A stretch of 64,000 nucleotides of DNA from a bacterium (GCA_963644945.1 CAVIQK010000001.1:3402-67401); one strand, 5' to 3'; positions 37,775 to 46,860 are shown, counted from the first letter of the stretch. Notes: generated from the sequence alone by a model not told the origin. Numbers and translations are program-made.

Positions 37775-39766
37775 ATGCAAAAAATAGGTGTATTTATTTG
37801 TTGGTGCGGTACCAATATAGCCGCAACGGTCGATGTGGAAAGAGTCGCAAGGGAAATTAAAAAAGAGCCCGGAGTCGTCTATTCCGCAGATTATCAATAT
37901 ATGTGTTCGGAAAACGGACAACAATTGTTGAAAAAAGCCGTCAAAGAATATGGTCTTACAGGTATTGTAATAGGCTCTTGTTCTCCGAGAATGCACGAAG
38001 CGACATTTAGAAAAGCCGCCGAATCTGCGGGACTCAATCCCTTCATGGTAGAAATTGCCAACTTGAGAGAACAATGTTCTTGGATACATAAGGATAGAGA
38101 AGAAGCCACCGAAAAAGCCCTTGTTCTTGTCCGTACGGCAATCGCAAAAGTTAGACTCAATGCTCCTCTTACCGAAGGCGAAAGCCCCGTTACCAAGAGA
38201 GCCTTAGTAATCGGTGGCGGTATTGCGGGCATACAAGCAGCCCTAGATATAGCCGAAGCGGGATATCCCGTTGACATTGTCGAAAAGAATGCAACAATCG
38301 GCGGAAGAATGGCACAACTTGACAAGACTTTCCCGACTCTTGACTGCTCGGCATGTATCCTTACCCCTAAAATGGTCGATTGTGCACAAAGCGACAAGAT
38401 CGACATTTTGTCATATTCCGAAGTAGAAGAAGTCAAAGGATTTGTAGGAAAATTCTCTGTAAAAATCAAGAGAAAAGCCCGTTATGTTGACGAAACCAAA
38501 TGTACCGGTTGTAAAATCTGTATGGAAAAATGTCCGTCCAGAAAAGGACTCAACGAGTTCAACCAAAACTTAAACAACCGTACGGCAATTTATATTCCGT
38601 TTGCGCAAGCAATACCTAATGTAGCGGTTATCGATCCTACGCAGTGCATAAAACTTCGTACCGGAAAGTGCGGAATTTGTCAAAAATTCTGCGGAGCGGG
38701 TGCAATAAATTACGAAATGAAAGATGAATTTATCGAGAGAGAATACGGCGCAATAGTCGTTGCGACAGGATTTAGACCGATTGCTCTCGACAATTTCAAC
38801 GAGTTCGGCTACAACGACAATAAAGACGTCATTACGTCACTAGAACTCGAAAGACTTATGAATGCCGCAGGTCCTACCAACGGAGTTCTTCTCCGCCCGT
38901 CCGACGGCACGCACCCCAAAGTAATTACGTTTATACAATGTGTCGGATCAAGAGACGTATCCGGATGCGGAAAGCCCTATTGCTCCAAAATATGCTGTAT
39001 GTACACCGCAAAACATGCAATGCTTATTAGAGAAAAATACCCCGACACCGAAGTGCATGTCTTCTATATAGACATACGTACCCCCGGCAAGAACTACGAC
39101 GAATTTTATCGTCGTGCCGTCGAACAATACGGTGTTGACTATATAAAAGGAATGGTCGGCAAAGTGTATGAAGAGAACGGAAAACTCATGGTACAAGGAT
39201 CCAATTTGCTTGAAAACGAGCAAATCACAATTCCTTCCGATCTAGTAGTTTTGGCAACGGCAATAGAACCGGAGCCGTCCGTAAGAAAGATAGCCACCTT
39301 ACTTACCGCAAGCATAGACACCAACAACTTCCTCAACGAGTCCCACCCGAAACTTCGTCCGGTAGAAAGTCCTACCGCAGGCGTGTTCCTTGCAGGTGTT
39401 TGCCAAGGACCTAAAGATATTCCGGAAACAGTTTCACAAGCATCGGCTTGTGCCGCTAAGGTTTTGGGACTTTTGGCAAAAGACAAATTGAAGACCAACC
39501 CTTGTGTTGCAAGTCCCAACGAGTCAATGTGCAACGGTTGTTCACAATGTGCCAATGTTTGTGCATACGGCGCAATTACATATATAGATAAAGAATTCCG
39601 TCTAGGCGGAGGAAAAACCGAAACAAGAAGAGTCGCATCCGTCAACCATGCAGTATGTCAAGGTTGTGGAGCATGTACCGTAGCATGCCCGTCGGGCGCT
39701 ATGGATTTGTCGGGATTCTCGTCTAAACAGATTATGTCGGAGGTCGAAGCAATATGCAAGAGATAG
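37775..39766 (+). CDS. hdrA: Heterodisulfide reductase subunit A-like flavoprotein (FAD plus multiple [4Fe-4S])
   Basis: 663 aa. KIGVFICWCGTNIA, VIGGGIAGIQAALD, CTGCKICMEKCP, CGICQKFC, CNGCSQCANVC, CQGCGACTVACP. Confidence 0.85.
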   Translation: MQKIGVFICWCGTNIAATVDVERVAREIKKEPGVVYSADYQYMCSENGQQLLKKAVKEYGLTGIVIGSCSPRMHEATFRKAAESAGLNPFMVEIANLREQCSWIHKDREEATEKALVLVRTAIAKVRLNAPLTEGESPVTKRALVIGGGIAGIQAALDIAEAGYPVDIVEKNATIGGRMAQLDKTFPTLDCSACILTPKMVDCAQSDKIDILSYSEVEEVKGFVGKFSVKIKRKARYVDETKCTGCKICMEKCPSRKGLNEFNQNLNNRTAIYIPFAQAIPNVAVIDPTQCIKLRTGKCGICQKFCGAGAINYEMKDEFIEREYGAIVVATGFRPIALDNFNEFGYNDNKDVITSLELERLMNAAGPTNGVLLRPSDGTHPKVITFIQCVGSRDVSGCGKPYCSKICCMYTAKHAMLIREKYPDTEVHVFYIDIRTPGKNYDEFYRRAVEQYGVDYIKGMVGKVYEENGKLMVQGSNLLENEQITIPSDLVVLATAIEPEPSVRKIATLLTASIDTNNFLNESHPKLRPVESPTAGVFLAGVCQGPKDIPETVSQASACAAKVLGLLAKDKLKTNPCVASPNESMCNGCSQCANVCAYGAITYIDKEFRLGGGKTETRRVASVNHAVCQGCGACTVACPSGAMDLSGFSSKQIMSEVEAICKR

Positions 39767-40206
39767 AGAAAAACGAAGGTAATTATACACCTAATATAGT
39801 TGCATTTTGTTGCAACTGGTGTTCGTATGCGGGAGCCGACCTTGCCGGATCGTCAAGACTTTCTTATCCTGCCAACGTAAAAATTGTAAGAGTACCTTGC
39901 TCATGTAGAGTCAACCCCATGTTTATACTAAAAGCCTTCCAAAGAGGCGCAGACGGTGTAATTTTGTGTGGATGCCACCCCGGAGATTGCCACTATGTCA
40001 CCGGCAACTACTACACGAGAAGAAGAATGACCTTGCTTTTCAGTTTTCTAGATTACCTAGGAATTGAAAAAGAACGTACCAGAGTAGAATGGGTTTCCGC
40101 CGCCGAAGGTGCGAAATTCTCGGCAGTTATGAATGATTTTGTCAAACAAGTTACCGAACTTGGCGAAAACAAGAGACTCCAAGATTTGAGAGTTAAGGAG
40201 AAGTAA
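39754..40206 (+). CDS. mvhD: MvhD/FlxD-like hydrogenase iron-sulfur (delta) subunit
   Basis: 150 aa. IVAFCCNWCSYAGADLAG...VPCSCRV...CGCHPGDCHY. 13-nt overlap with hdrA. Confidence 0.8.
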   Translation: MQEIEKNEGNYTPNIVAFCCNWCSYAGADLAGSSRLSYPANVKIVRVPCSCRVNPMFILKAFQRGADGVILCGCHPGDCHYVTGNYYTRRRMTLLFSFLDYLGIEKERTRVEWVSAAEGAKFSAVMNDFVKQVTELGENKRLQDLRVKEK

Positions 40207-40207
40207 A

Positions 40208-41194
40208 ATGAACGAACTCGAAAAATTGATGGTAAAAAGAGCAACAGAACTTCTCAATTCGGGCGAAGTCAAGAGAGTCGTAGGTTGGACGAAAGGCGAA
40301 TTTATTCACGATCCGTCACCTGCATCATTCGAAACCGAAGAGGACTTAAAGAATTTCGTGTACAACGATTTTTGTGGTCCCAACCTTTCCAAATATCTCA
40401 TTGATATATCGAAAAAAGAAGGGAAAACCGCAGTATTTTTGAAGCCTTGCGACACATACAGTTTCAACGAACTTTTGAAAGAGCATAGAGTAAAACGTGA
40501 AAATATTTTGGTAATAGGTATAGAGTGTAGAGGAAAACTCGACAACTATAAACTTGAAAAGAAAGGCATCACCGGAATTACCGAAGAAGAATACAACGAC
40601 AACAAAGTCACTCTCAAAACTCTTTACGGCGAAGAATTTTGCCTCGAAAAGGGCGAAGTTTTGCTTGATAAGTGCCTTGAATGCAAAGGCAAAACCCACG
40701 TTGTCGCAGACGAAAAAATTATTATCCACGAAGTGGTAGAAGAAAACAACGATAGATTTTCTAAGGTAAGAGAGTTAGAAAAAATGACTCCTACCGAAAG
40801 ATACGAATTTTGGCAATCGCAACTTTCCAAATGCATTCGTTGCAATGCTTGTAGAAATGTTTGCCCCGCATGTTCGTGCGTGAAATGCGTGTTCGACAAT
40901 CCTCAATCGGGAGTCGCCGCCAAAGCCAACGACGTAAGTTTTGAAGAGCAACTCTACCATATAATAAGAGCCTTCCACGTATCCGGCAGATGTACGGATT
41001 GCGGAGAGTGTTCGAGAGTATGCCCCGAGAGAATACCGCTTCATCTTCTCAACAGAAAATTTATCAAAGACATCAACACTATCTATGGCGAATTCCAAGC
41101 CGGTGAAGTGGCAGAAGGAAGTTATCCTTTGACCTCATATACCGAAAAAGATATTGAGCCAAACAACGTGTTTAGTGCAACGGAGGGCAAATAA
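40208..41194 (+). CDS. Iron-sulfur protein, FlxB/C-like (4Fe-4S dicluster)
   Basis: 328 aa. CIRCNACRNVCPAC and CTDCGECSRVCPE. 1-nt gap after mvhD. Confidence 0.6.
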   Translation: MNELEKLMVKRATELLNSGEVKRVVGWTKGEFIHDPSPASFETEEDLKNFVYNDFCGPNLSKYLIDISKKEGKTAVFLKPCDTYSFNELLKEHRVKRENILVIGIECRGKLDNYKLEKKGITGITEEEYNDNKVTLKTLYGEEFCLEKGEVLLDKCLECKGKTHVVADEKIIIHEVVEENNDRFSKVRELEKMTPTERYEFWQSQLSKCIRCNACRNVCPACSCVKCVFDNPQSGVAAKANDVSFEEQLYHIIRAFHVSGRCTDCGECSRVCPERIPLHLLNRKFIKDINTIYGEFQAGEVAEGSYPLTSYTEKDIEPNNVFSATEGK

Positions 41195-42214
41195 ATGATT
41201 AAAATTAAAAGAGAAAATCTCACCAACTTCTACAAAGCCCTCAAAGAAAAAATGCCCCTATACATACCGCAAAATATTGCCGGTATGGTGAATTATGCCC
41301 CGTTCGAAGAGAATTCCGTAGTCGATATCGACACATTAAAAACGGTAAAAAGTCCCAAAGACGTTTTCTTCCCCCAAAGCGAAAACATGATGAAATTCCG
41401 CTTGGAAGGTAAAACCATATCAATAGAGGACATAAGAAAAGAAAGAGAACCCTTTTTGGTGTTCGGTGTACGTGCATGCGATTTGAAAGCCTTTGAAGTT
41501 TTGGATCACGTCTTTTTACAAGAGCCGGTTGACACATATTATAAGGAAAGAAGAGAAAAAGGTGTCATCTTTACTTTGGCATGCGGAAAACCCGAAGAAA
41601 GTTGTTTCTGCAACGTATTTGGTATCGATGCATCCGCTCCGCAAGGAGATGCGACATGCTATCTTGACGACAATTATCTCTATGTTCGTCCCAATACCGA
41701 CAAAGGCAAAGCCGTACTTTCAGGAATAGACGGAGAAACTTGCGACGAAAAGGAAGTATCTCCTATCGTAGAAAAGACCAAAGCGACAATCGAAAAACTT
41801 CCGTTTTCGCATCTTGATCTATCTTATTTCAAACCCGAAAATCTCAACGAGATATTCGAACTTCCCGATTGGCAACAGTTGTCACAAGCATGTATCGGTT
41901 GCGGAACATGTACTTTTGTATGCCCGACATGTCAATGTTTTGATATAAGAGACTTCAAAACACAAGACGGCGTAATAAGATTCCGCTGTTGGGATTCTTG
42001 CATGTATTCGGACTTCACGCAGATGGCGGCAGCCAATCCTCGTACAACTCAAATGCAAAGATTCCGTCAAAGATTTATGCATAAACTCGTATATTTCCCG
42101 TCGCAATACGGCATGTATTCGTGTGTAGGTTGCGGAAGATGCGTCAACAAATGTCCGCAACATCTCAATATTGTAAAAGTTATCAAAAAAATAGGGGGAA
42201 AGAAAAATGGTTAA
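41195..42214 (+). CDS. Iron-sulfur protein, AsrA / sulfhydrogenase-beta-like (FlxB/C-like)
   Basis: 339 aa. CIGCGTCTFVCPTCQC and CVGCGRCVNKCP. No gap after the previous gene. Confidence 0.6.
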   Translation: MIKIKRENLTNFYKALKEKMPLYIPQNIAGMVNYAPFEENSVVDIDTLKTVKSPKDVFFPQSENMMKFRLEGKTISIEDIRKEREPFLVFGVRACDLKAFEVLDHVFLQEPVDTYYKERREKGVIFTLACGKPEESCFCNVFGIDASAPQGDATCYLDDNYLYVRPNTDKGKAVLSGIDGETCDEKEVSPIVEKTKATIEKLPFSHLDLSYFKPENLNEIFELPDWQQLSQACIGCGTCTFVCPTCQCFDIRDFKTQDGVIRFRCWDSCMYSDFTQMAAANPRTTQMQRFRQRFMHKLVYFPSQYGMYSCVGCGRCVNKCPQHLNIVKVIKKIGGKKNG

Positions 42215-43034
42215 TGAGAACCTTATCCCTAATATCGGAGTAATAACCGATGTAAGAAAAGACACCGCAGACGTCAAAACATTTAGAGTGGTGGGACTTG
42301 ACGGCAAGAAGTTGTTCGAACACATGCCCGGCCAATGTGCGATGGTTTCCATCCCCGGAGTAGGCGAGTGTATGTTCTCGATTACGTCGTCGCCTACCAA
42401 CAAAGAATTTATGGAATTTTCCATCAAAAAATGCGGTTGTGTGACAGAAATAATCCATTCTTTGGAAGAAGGACAACACATTACGGTTAGAGGACCGTAT
42501 GGCAAGAATTTCCCCGTAGAAGGAGATTTCAAAGGAAAAGATTTGTTGTTCATCGCAGGTGGAATCGGTCTTGCACCTCTTCGTAGCGTCATAAATTATG
42601 TTCGCCATTATAGAGAGAACTACGGCAAAGTAGTAGTCGTGTACGGTGCAAGAAGCAAAGACGACCTTGTCGATATAGAAGAAATCCAAAAAGAGTGGAT
42701 GAACGAAAAGAATTTTGAAGTTTATTTGACGATAGACCGTCCGCAAGAAGGATGGGACGGACACGTAGGATTTGTCCCTGCATACGTCAAAGAACTAGGA
42801 CTTGATCCCACAATGACGGCAGTACTTTGCGGACCGCCGATAATGATCAAATTTACTTTGGCAGGTCTTCTAGAACTCGGATTCAAGAAAGAAAGAGTCT
42901 ATACCACTTTGGAACTTCGCATGAAGTGCGGTATAGGAAAGTGCGGAAGATGCAATGTAGGCGACAAGTTCGTATGTAAAGACGGCCCCGTTTTTAGAAT
43001 GGACCAATTAGACGAATTACCCGATGAATATTGA
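42207..43034 (+). CDS. FNR-fold FAD/NAD(P)H oxidoreductase subunit with C-terminal [2Fe-2S] (FlxA / AsrB / PyrK-like)
   Basis: 275 aa. MFSITSSP FAD motif, LLFIAGGIGLAPLRS NAD motif, CGIGKCGRC...C cluster motif. Confidence 0.75.
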   Translation: MVNENLIPNIGVITDVRKDTADVKTFRVVGLDGKKLFEHMPGQCAMVSIPGVGECMFSITSSPTNKEFMEFSIKKCGCVTEIIHSLEEGQHITVRGPYGKNFPVEGDFKGKDLLFIAGGIGLAPLRSVINYVRHYRENYGKVVVVYGARSKDDLVDIEEIQKEWMNEKNFEVYLTIDRPQEGWDGHVGFVPAYVKELGLDPTMTAVLCGPPIMIKFTLAGLLELGFKKERVYTTLELRMKCGIGKCGRCNVGDKFVCKDGPVFRMDQLDELPDEY

Positions 43035-43054
43035 TAAGTAGTAGGAGTATAAAA

Positions 43055-43729
43055 ATGGAAAAGAAAGTCAACGTTTATTTCTTTGGAAAACATTATGAGG
43101 TTCCGGAAAGCCTTACCATCATGAAGGCAATGGAATATGCCGGATACCAATTGATAAGAGGATGCGGTTGCCGTAACGGTTTTTGCGGAGCGTGTGCAAC
43201 TTTTTATCGTATAAAAGGTCAACAAGCATTAAGAACATGTCTTGCTTGCCAACAACAAGTAGAAGAAGGAATGTATGTAGCAACACTACCTTCGTTCCCG
43301 CTTGTAAAACAAGTCTATGACATCAACAAAATCAAACCGACCGAGCAAATTATGATGCAATTATATCCCGAAATATATAGTTGTATAGGTTGCAATGCTT
43401 GTACCAAGGCTTGCCCTCAAGGACTCAATGTTATGCAATACATCGCTTATGCACAACGTGGTGAATACGAAAAATGTGCAGAAGCAAGTTTTGACTGCGT
43501 AATGTGCGGACTTTGTTCGTCAAGATGCCCTGCGGGTATTTCTCATCCGCAAGTCGCAGAACTCGCAAGAAGATTGTACGGCAAATATATTGCCCCCGAA
43601 TGTAAACACCTTGAAAAGAGAGTCGCAGAAATAGAAAACGGCGAACTTGAAAAGATGATGGAAGATATTATGGGAAAACCGATATCCGAAATGAAAGAAC
43701 TTTACAACACAAGACAAATCGAAAAATAG
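43055..43729 (+). CDS. Succinate dehydrogenase/fumarate reductase iron-sulfur subunit-like protein
   Basis: Trimmed to MEKKVNVYFFG, with AGGAG SD. CRNGFCGAC...C [2Fe-2S], then CIGCNACTKACP and CVMCGLCSSRCP. 224 aa. Confidence 0.7.
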   Translation: MEKKVNVYFFGKHYEVPESLTIMKAMEYAGYQLIRGCGCRNGFCGACATFYRIKGQQALRTCLACQQQVEEGMYVATLPSFPLVKQVYDINKIKPTEQIMMQLYPEIYSCIGCNACTKACPQGLNVMQYIAYAQRGEYEKCAEASFDCVMCGLCSSRCPAGISHPQVAELARRLYGKYIAPECKHLEKRVAEIENGELEKMMEDIMGKPISEMKELYNTRQIEK

Positions 43730-43738
43730 GAGGGCAGT

Positions 43739-45340
43739 ATGTATAATTATACCGAAGAACAATTAGTTTCGATGAAAAAAGTCGAGGAAACAAGACAAGA
43801 AAGAGTCAACAACTTATATCCTCGTATGACTGCCGACGAAAAAGATGCAGTATTAAAAGAAAATCACCCCGACTATATAGATAGCGCATACGAAAGTCTA
43901 AAAGTCGGTCCCAACAAAGGCGAAAAAGTCCTTCACGAACTTGCCGACCTCTTGCAAGGCAAGTCAAGAGTTTCGGGCCTTGACATAGATTTAGAGCATC
44001 CCGCATACGACGTTGACGTTTTGGTTATCGGCGGTGGCGGAGCAGGTGCATCTACGGCAATTACCGCTCACAAAAACGGTGCCAATGTCATGATGGTCAC
44101 AAAACTCAGAATAGGCGATGCCAACACAATGATGGCAGAAGGCGGTATCCAAGCGGCAGACAAAGAGAACGATTCCCCCGCAATTCACTATCTTGATGCG
44201 TTCGGAGGCGGACACTTTGCCGCAAAACCCGAACTTCTCAAAAAACTCGTCTATGAAGCACCCGATGCAATCAAATGGCTATCCGATCTCGGAGTTATGT
44301 TCGATAAAGATAAAGACGGCAACATGGTCACCACACACGGTGGCGGAACGTCCAGAAAGAGAATGCACGCATGCAAGGACTATTCCGGCGCAGAAATAAT
44401 GCGTACACTAAGAGACGAAGTTTTCAACAGAGAAATCCCCGTAGTTGACTTTACGTCCGCAATCGAAATCATAAAAGACGACAAGGGCAATGCTGCGGGA
44501 GCAGTGCTTCTCAACATGGAAACAGGCAAAATAGAAGTAGCCAAAGCCAAGACCGTCGTCATCGCAACAGGCGGAGCAGGAAGACTTCATTATCAAGGAT
44601 TCCCGACATCCAACCACTACGGAGCAACGGCCGACGGACTCGTTCTTGCTTATAGAGCAGGCGCAAAACTTCTTTATGCAGACACTTTGCAATACCATCC
44701 TACCGGTGTTGCCGAACCTACACAAATATTCGGAGCCCTCGTCACCGAAAAGGTCCGTTCTCTCGGAGCCCAACTCGTCAACAAAGAAGGCAAAGCCTTC
44801 GTGTATTCACTTGAAACAAGAGACGTCACAGCATCTTCTATCATAAGAGAATGCAAACAAAGAAAGAATTCCGTAAAAACCACCGACGGCGAAGGCGTAT
44901 GGCTCGACACTCCTATGATTGATATGATCGGAGGCGAAGGCACTATCGAAAAACGTATCCCTGCAATGTACCGCATGTTCGGGAAATACGGCATCGACAT
45001 CAGAAAAGAGCCTATTCTCGTATATCCTACACTTCACTACCAAAACGGCGGTATTGACATCAGTGCCAACGGTGAAACGACGGCAGTCAAAAACTTGTTC
45101 GTAGCAGGCGAAGCAGTCGGAGGCATACACGGCAGAAACAGACTTATGGGCAACAGCCTTCTCGACATCATCGTATTTGGCAGAAATGCCGGTCATTTTG
45201 CGGCGGAAAGAGCAAAAGAAACCGTTGTCGGCAAACTTTCTCTCGATCACGTAAAATCATTTGAAAAAGAATTGAAAGACGCAGGACTCAATCCTACCAA
45301 ACTTTCACCTCAACTTCTTCCCGATTACAGAAGAAAATAA
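43739..45340 (+). CDS. Fumarate reductase/succinate dehydrogenase flavoprotein-like subunit (non-covalent FAD predicted)
   Basis: 533 aa. VIGGGGAGAS, LQYHPTG, SLETRD, LHYQNGGI, GRNRLMGNSLLD. Asn replaces the flavinylation His. Confidence 0.7.
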   Translation: MYNYTEEQLVSMKKVEETRQERVNNLYPRMTADEKDAVLKENHPDYIDSAYESLKVGPNKGEKVLHELADLLQGKSRVSGLDIDLEHPAYDVDVLVIGGGGAGASTAITAHKNGANVMMVTKLRIGDANTMMAEGGIQAADKENDSPAIHYLDAFGGGHFAAKPELLKKLVYEAPDAIKWLSDLGVMFDKDKDGNMVTTHGGGTSRKRMHACKDYSGAEIMRTLRDEVFNREIPVVDFTSAIEIIKDDKGNAAGAVLLNMETGKIEVAKAKTVVIATGGAGRLHYQGFPTSNHYGATADGLVLAYRAGAKLLYADTLQYHPTGVAEPTQIFGALVTEKVRSLGAQLVNKEGKAFVYSLETRDVTASSIIRECKQRKNSVKTTDGEGVWLDTPMIDMIGGEGTIEKRIPAMYRMFGKYGIDIRKEPILVYPTLHYQNGGIDISANGETTAVKNLFVAGEAVGGIHGRNRLMGNSLLDIIVFGRNAGHFAAERAKETVVGKLSLDHVKSFEKELKDAGLNPTKLSPQLLPDYRRK

Positions 45341-45351
45341 TAGGAGACAAT

Positions 45352-46821
45352 ATGGAAGAATATAAAGAAAACGGTGTCGAAGAAGAATCTATCGCAACCG
45401 AGGATGAAGTAGTGTTAGAAGACGGCGAAGCCTCTGTTCAAAAGGCAAACGCCCCCAAAACCCCTAAAAAGTGGGTAAAATGGGTGGTGCTTGGCATTGT
45501 AGCGGCACTTGTCATAGGTGTTGTTGCATGGTGCATATACAGCGCAACACAAGGTAAAGGCATCGACGGAGTGCTTGGTATTTCTACGGTTACGGCACTT
45601 CTATTCGGTGTGTTCCTTGTAGCCGCCCTCGGATACCTTCTCGGTAGCGTCACGATAAAAGGTGTCAACCTCGGCACTGCCGGAGTATTTTTGGTAGCCA
45701 TCGCATTTGGATGTATTTGCACGATAAAAGGACTAAAAGACGTACCGGTACTCGGTAAGTTCTATATAGAAGGTTCCTCGTCGGCACTATATAAATATTA
45801 CGGAAGCATCGTCCAAAACGTAGGACTTGTATTGTTCGTTGCATCTGTCGGGTTTATCGCAGGCCCCAACTTCTTCAAGAACTTGAAGAAAAATGCAAAG
45901 TCTTATGTAGTACTCGGAGCAATCATCATCGCAACGGGCGCCCTTCTTTCCGTCCTCTTTACACTGGCACTGAAAGGAACTCTTGGCGACGTAGCCAAAG
46001 AATTCTCGGTCGGAATTTTGTCGGGTGCATTGACAACTACCCCGGGATATTCGGCAGCGCTAGAAGCAAGTAGCACAGACGGAGCCATGATAACTCTCGG
46101 ACATGCTATTGCATATCCGTTCGGAGTAGTAGGTGTTGTTTTGTTCGTACAATTAGTACCTAAATTTATGAAAGCCGACATGGAAAAAGAAAGAGCCCTT
46201 CTAAAAATAGACGGTGCCGAACTCAAAGAGAAGAAAGAAGGTTTGTTTGTTTGCGATCCCTTCGGACTCATGCCTTTCGGCCTTGCAGTCGTAGCAGGAC
46301 TCATCTTGGGAGCCATCAAAATACCGCTTACCGGTGAAGGTTACAACGGAACATGTTTCTCGCTAGGAACAACCGGCGGTGTGCTTATTATGTGCCTAAT
46401 CTTCGGACACTTCGGCCACATGGGGAAACTTTCCCTTGAAATTCCCGAAAAAACCGCCAAGGTTTTCCGTGAATTCGGTCTTATGATGTTCTTGATAGGA
46501 GCAGGTGTTGCCGGCGGCGCACAACTCGTCAACCAAATCAACAATTACGGTGGTCTTGTAATCTTGTGGGGATTCTTGGGCGGTGCCATTATGACACTCG
46601 TTCCTATGATAGTAGGTTTCTTCTTCGCAAAATACATTTTGAAGATAAGCCTTCTCAACAACCTTGGCTCGATCACCGGCGGAATGACATCGACTCCCGC
46701 CCTCGGTACCCTTATTTCTACCGCAGGGACAGACGACGTCGCATCTGCCTATGCATCAACTTATCCGATTGCGCTCGTTTTGATTGTACTTGCGTCGCAA
46801 TTTATAGTAACATTAATGTAG
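45352..46821 (+). CDS. AAE (aspartate:alanine exchanger / YidE-YbjL-SucE) family transporter, short form
   Basis: 489 aa. Two homologous membrane halves (GVNLGTAGVFLVAIAFG and FSLGTTGGVLIMCLIFG) joined by about 30 aa. No RCK_C domains. Acidic N-terminal tail of about 40 aa. Confidence 0.6.
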   Translation: MEEYKENGVEEESIATEDEVVLEDGEASVQKANAPKTPKKWVKWVVLGIVAALVIGVVAWCIYSATQGKGIDGVLGISTVTALLFGVFLVAALGYLLGSVTIKGVNLGTAGVFLVAIAFGCICTIKGLKDVPVLGKFYIEGSSSALYKYYGSIVQNVGLVLFVASVGFIAGPNFFKNLKKNAKSYVVLGAIIIATGALLSVLFTLALKGTLGDVAKEFSVGILSGALTTTPGYSAALEASSTDGAMITLGHAIAYPFGVVGVVLFVQLVPKFMKADMEKERALLKIDGAELKEKKEGLFVCDPFGLMPFGLAVVAGLILGAIKIPLTGEGYNGTCFSLGTTGGVLIMCLIFGHFGHMGKLSLEIPEKTAKVFREFGLMMFLIGAGVAGGAQLVNQINNYGGLVILWGFLGGAIMTLVPMIVGFFFAKYILKISLLNNLGSITGGMTSTPALGTLISTAGTDDVASAYASTYPIALVLIVLASQFIVTLM

Positions 46822-46860
46822 TTAAAAATTAAAAAATATAAAGGAAAAGAGGTAAAAACA

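Noticed and set aside
41882-42764. Minus-strand ORFs of 236 aa and 193 aa
   Set aside because: They are antisense to the Flx-type FeS and FNR-fold genes, whose Cys and nucleotide-binding motifs are clear.
43739-45340. Alternative identities for the flavoprotein: L-aspartate oxidase (NadB) or APS reductase alpha (AprA)
   Set aside because: Its partner has an SdhB-type [2Fe-2S] N-domain, whereas NadB has no FeS partner and AprB has only [4Fe-4S] clusters. The context is also fumC and pckA. These alternatives cannot be fully excluded without phylogeny.
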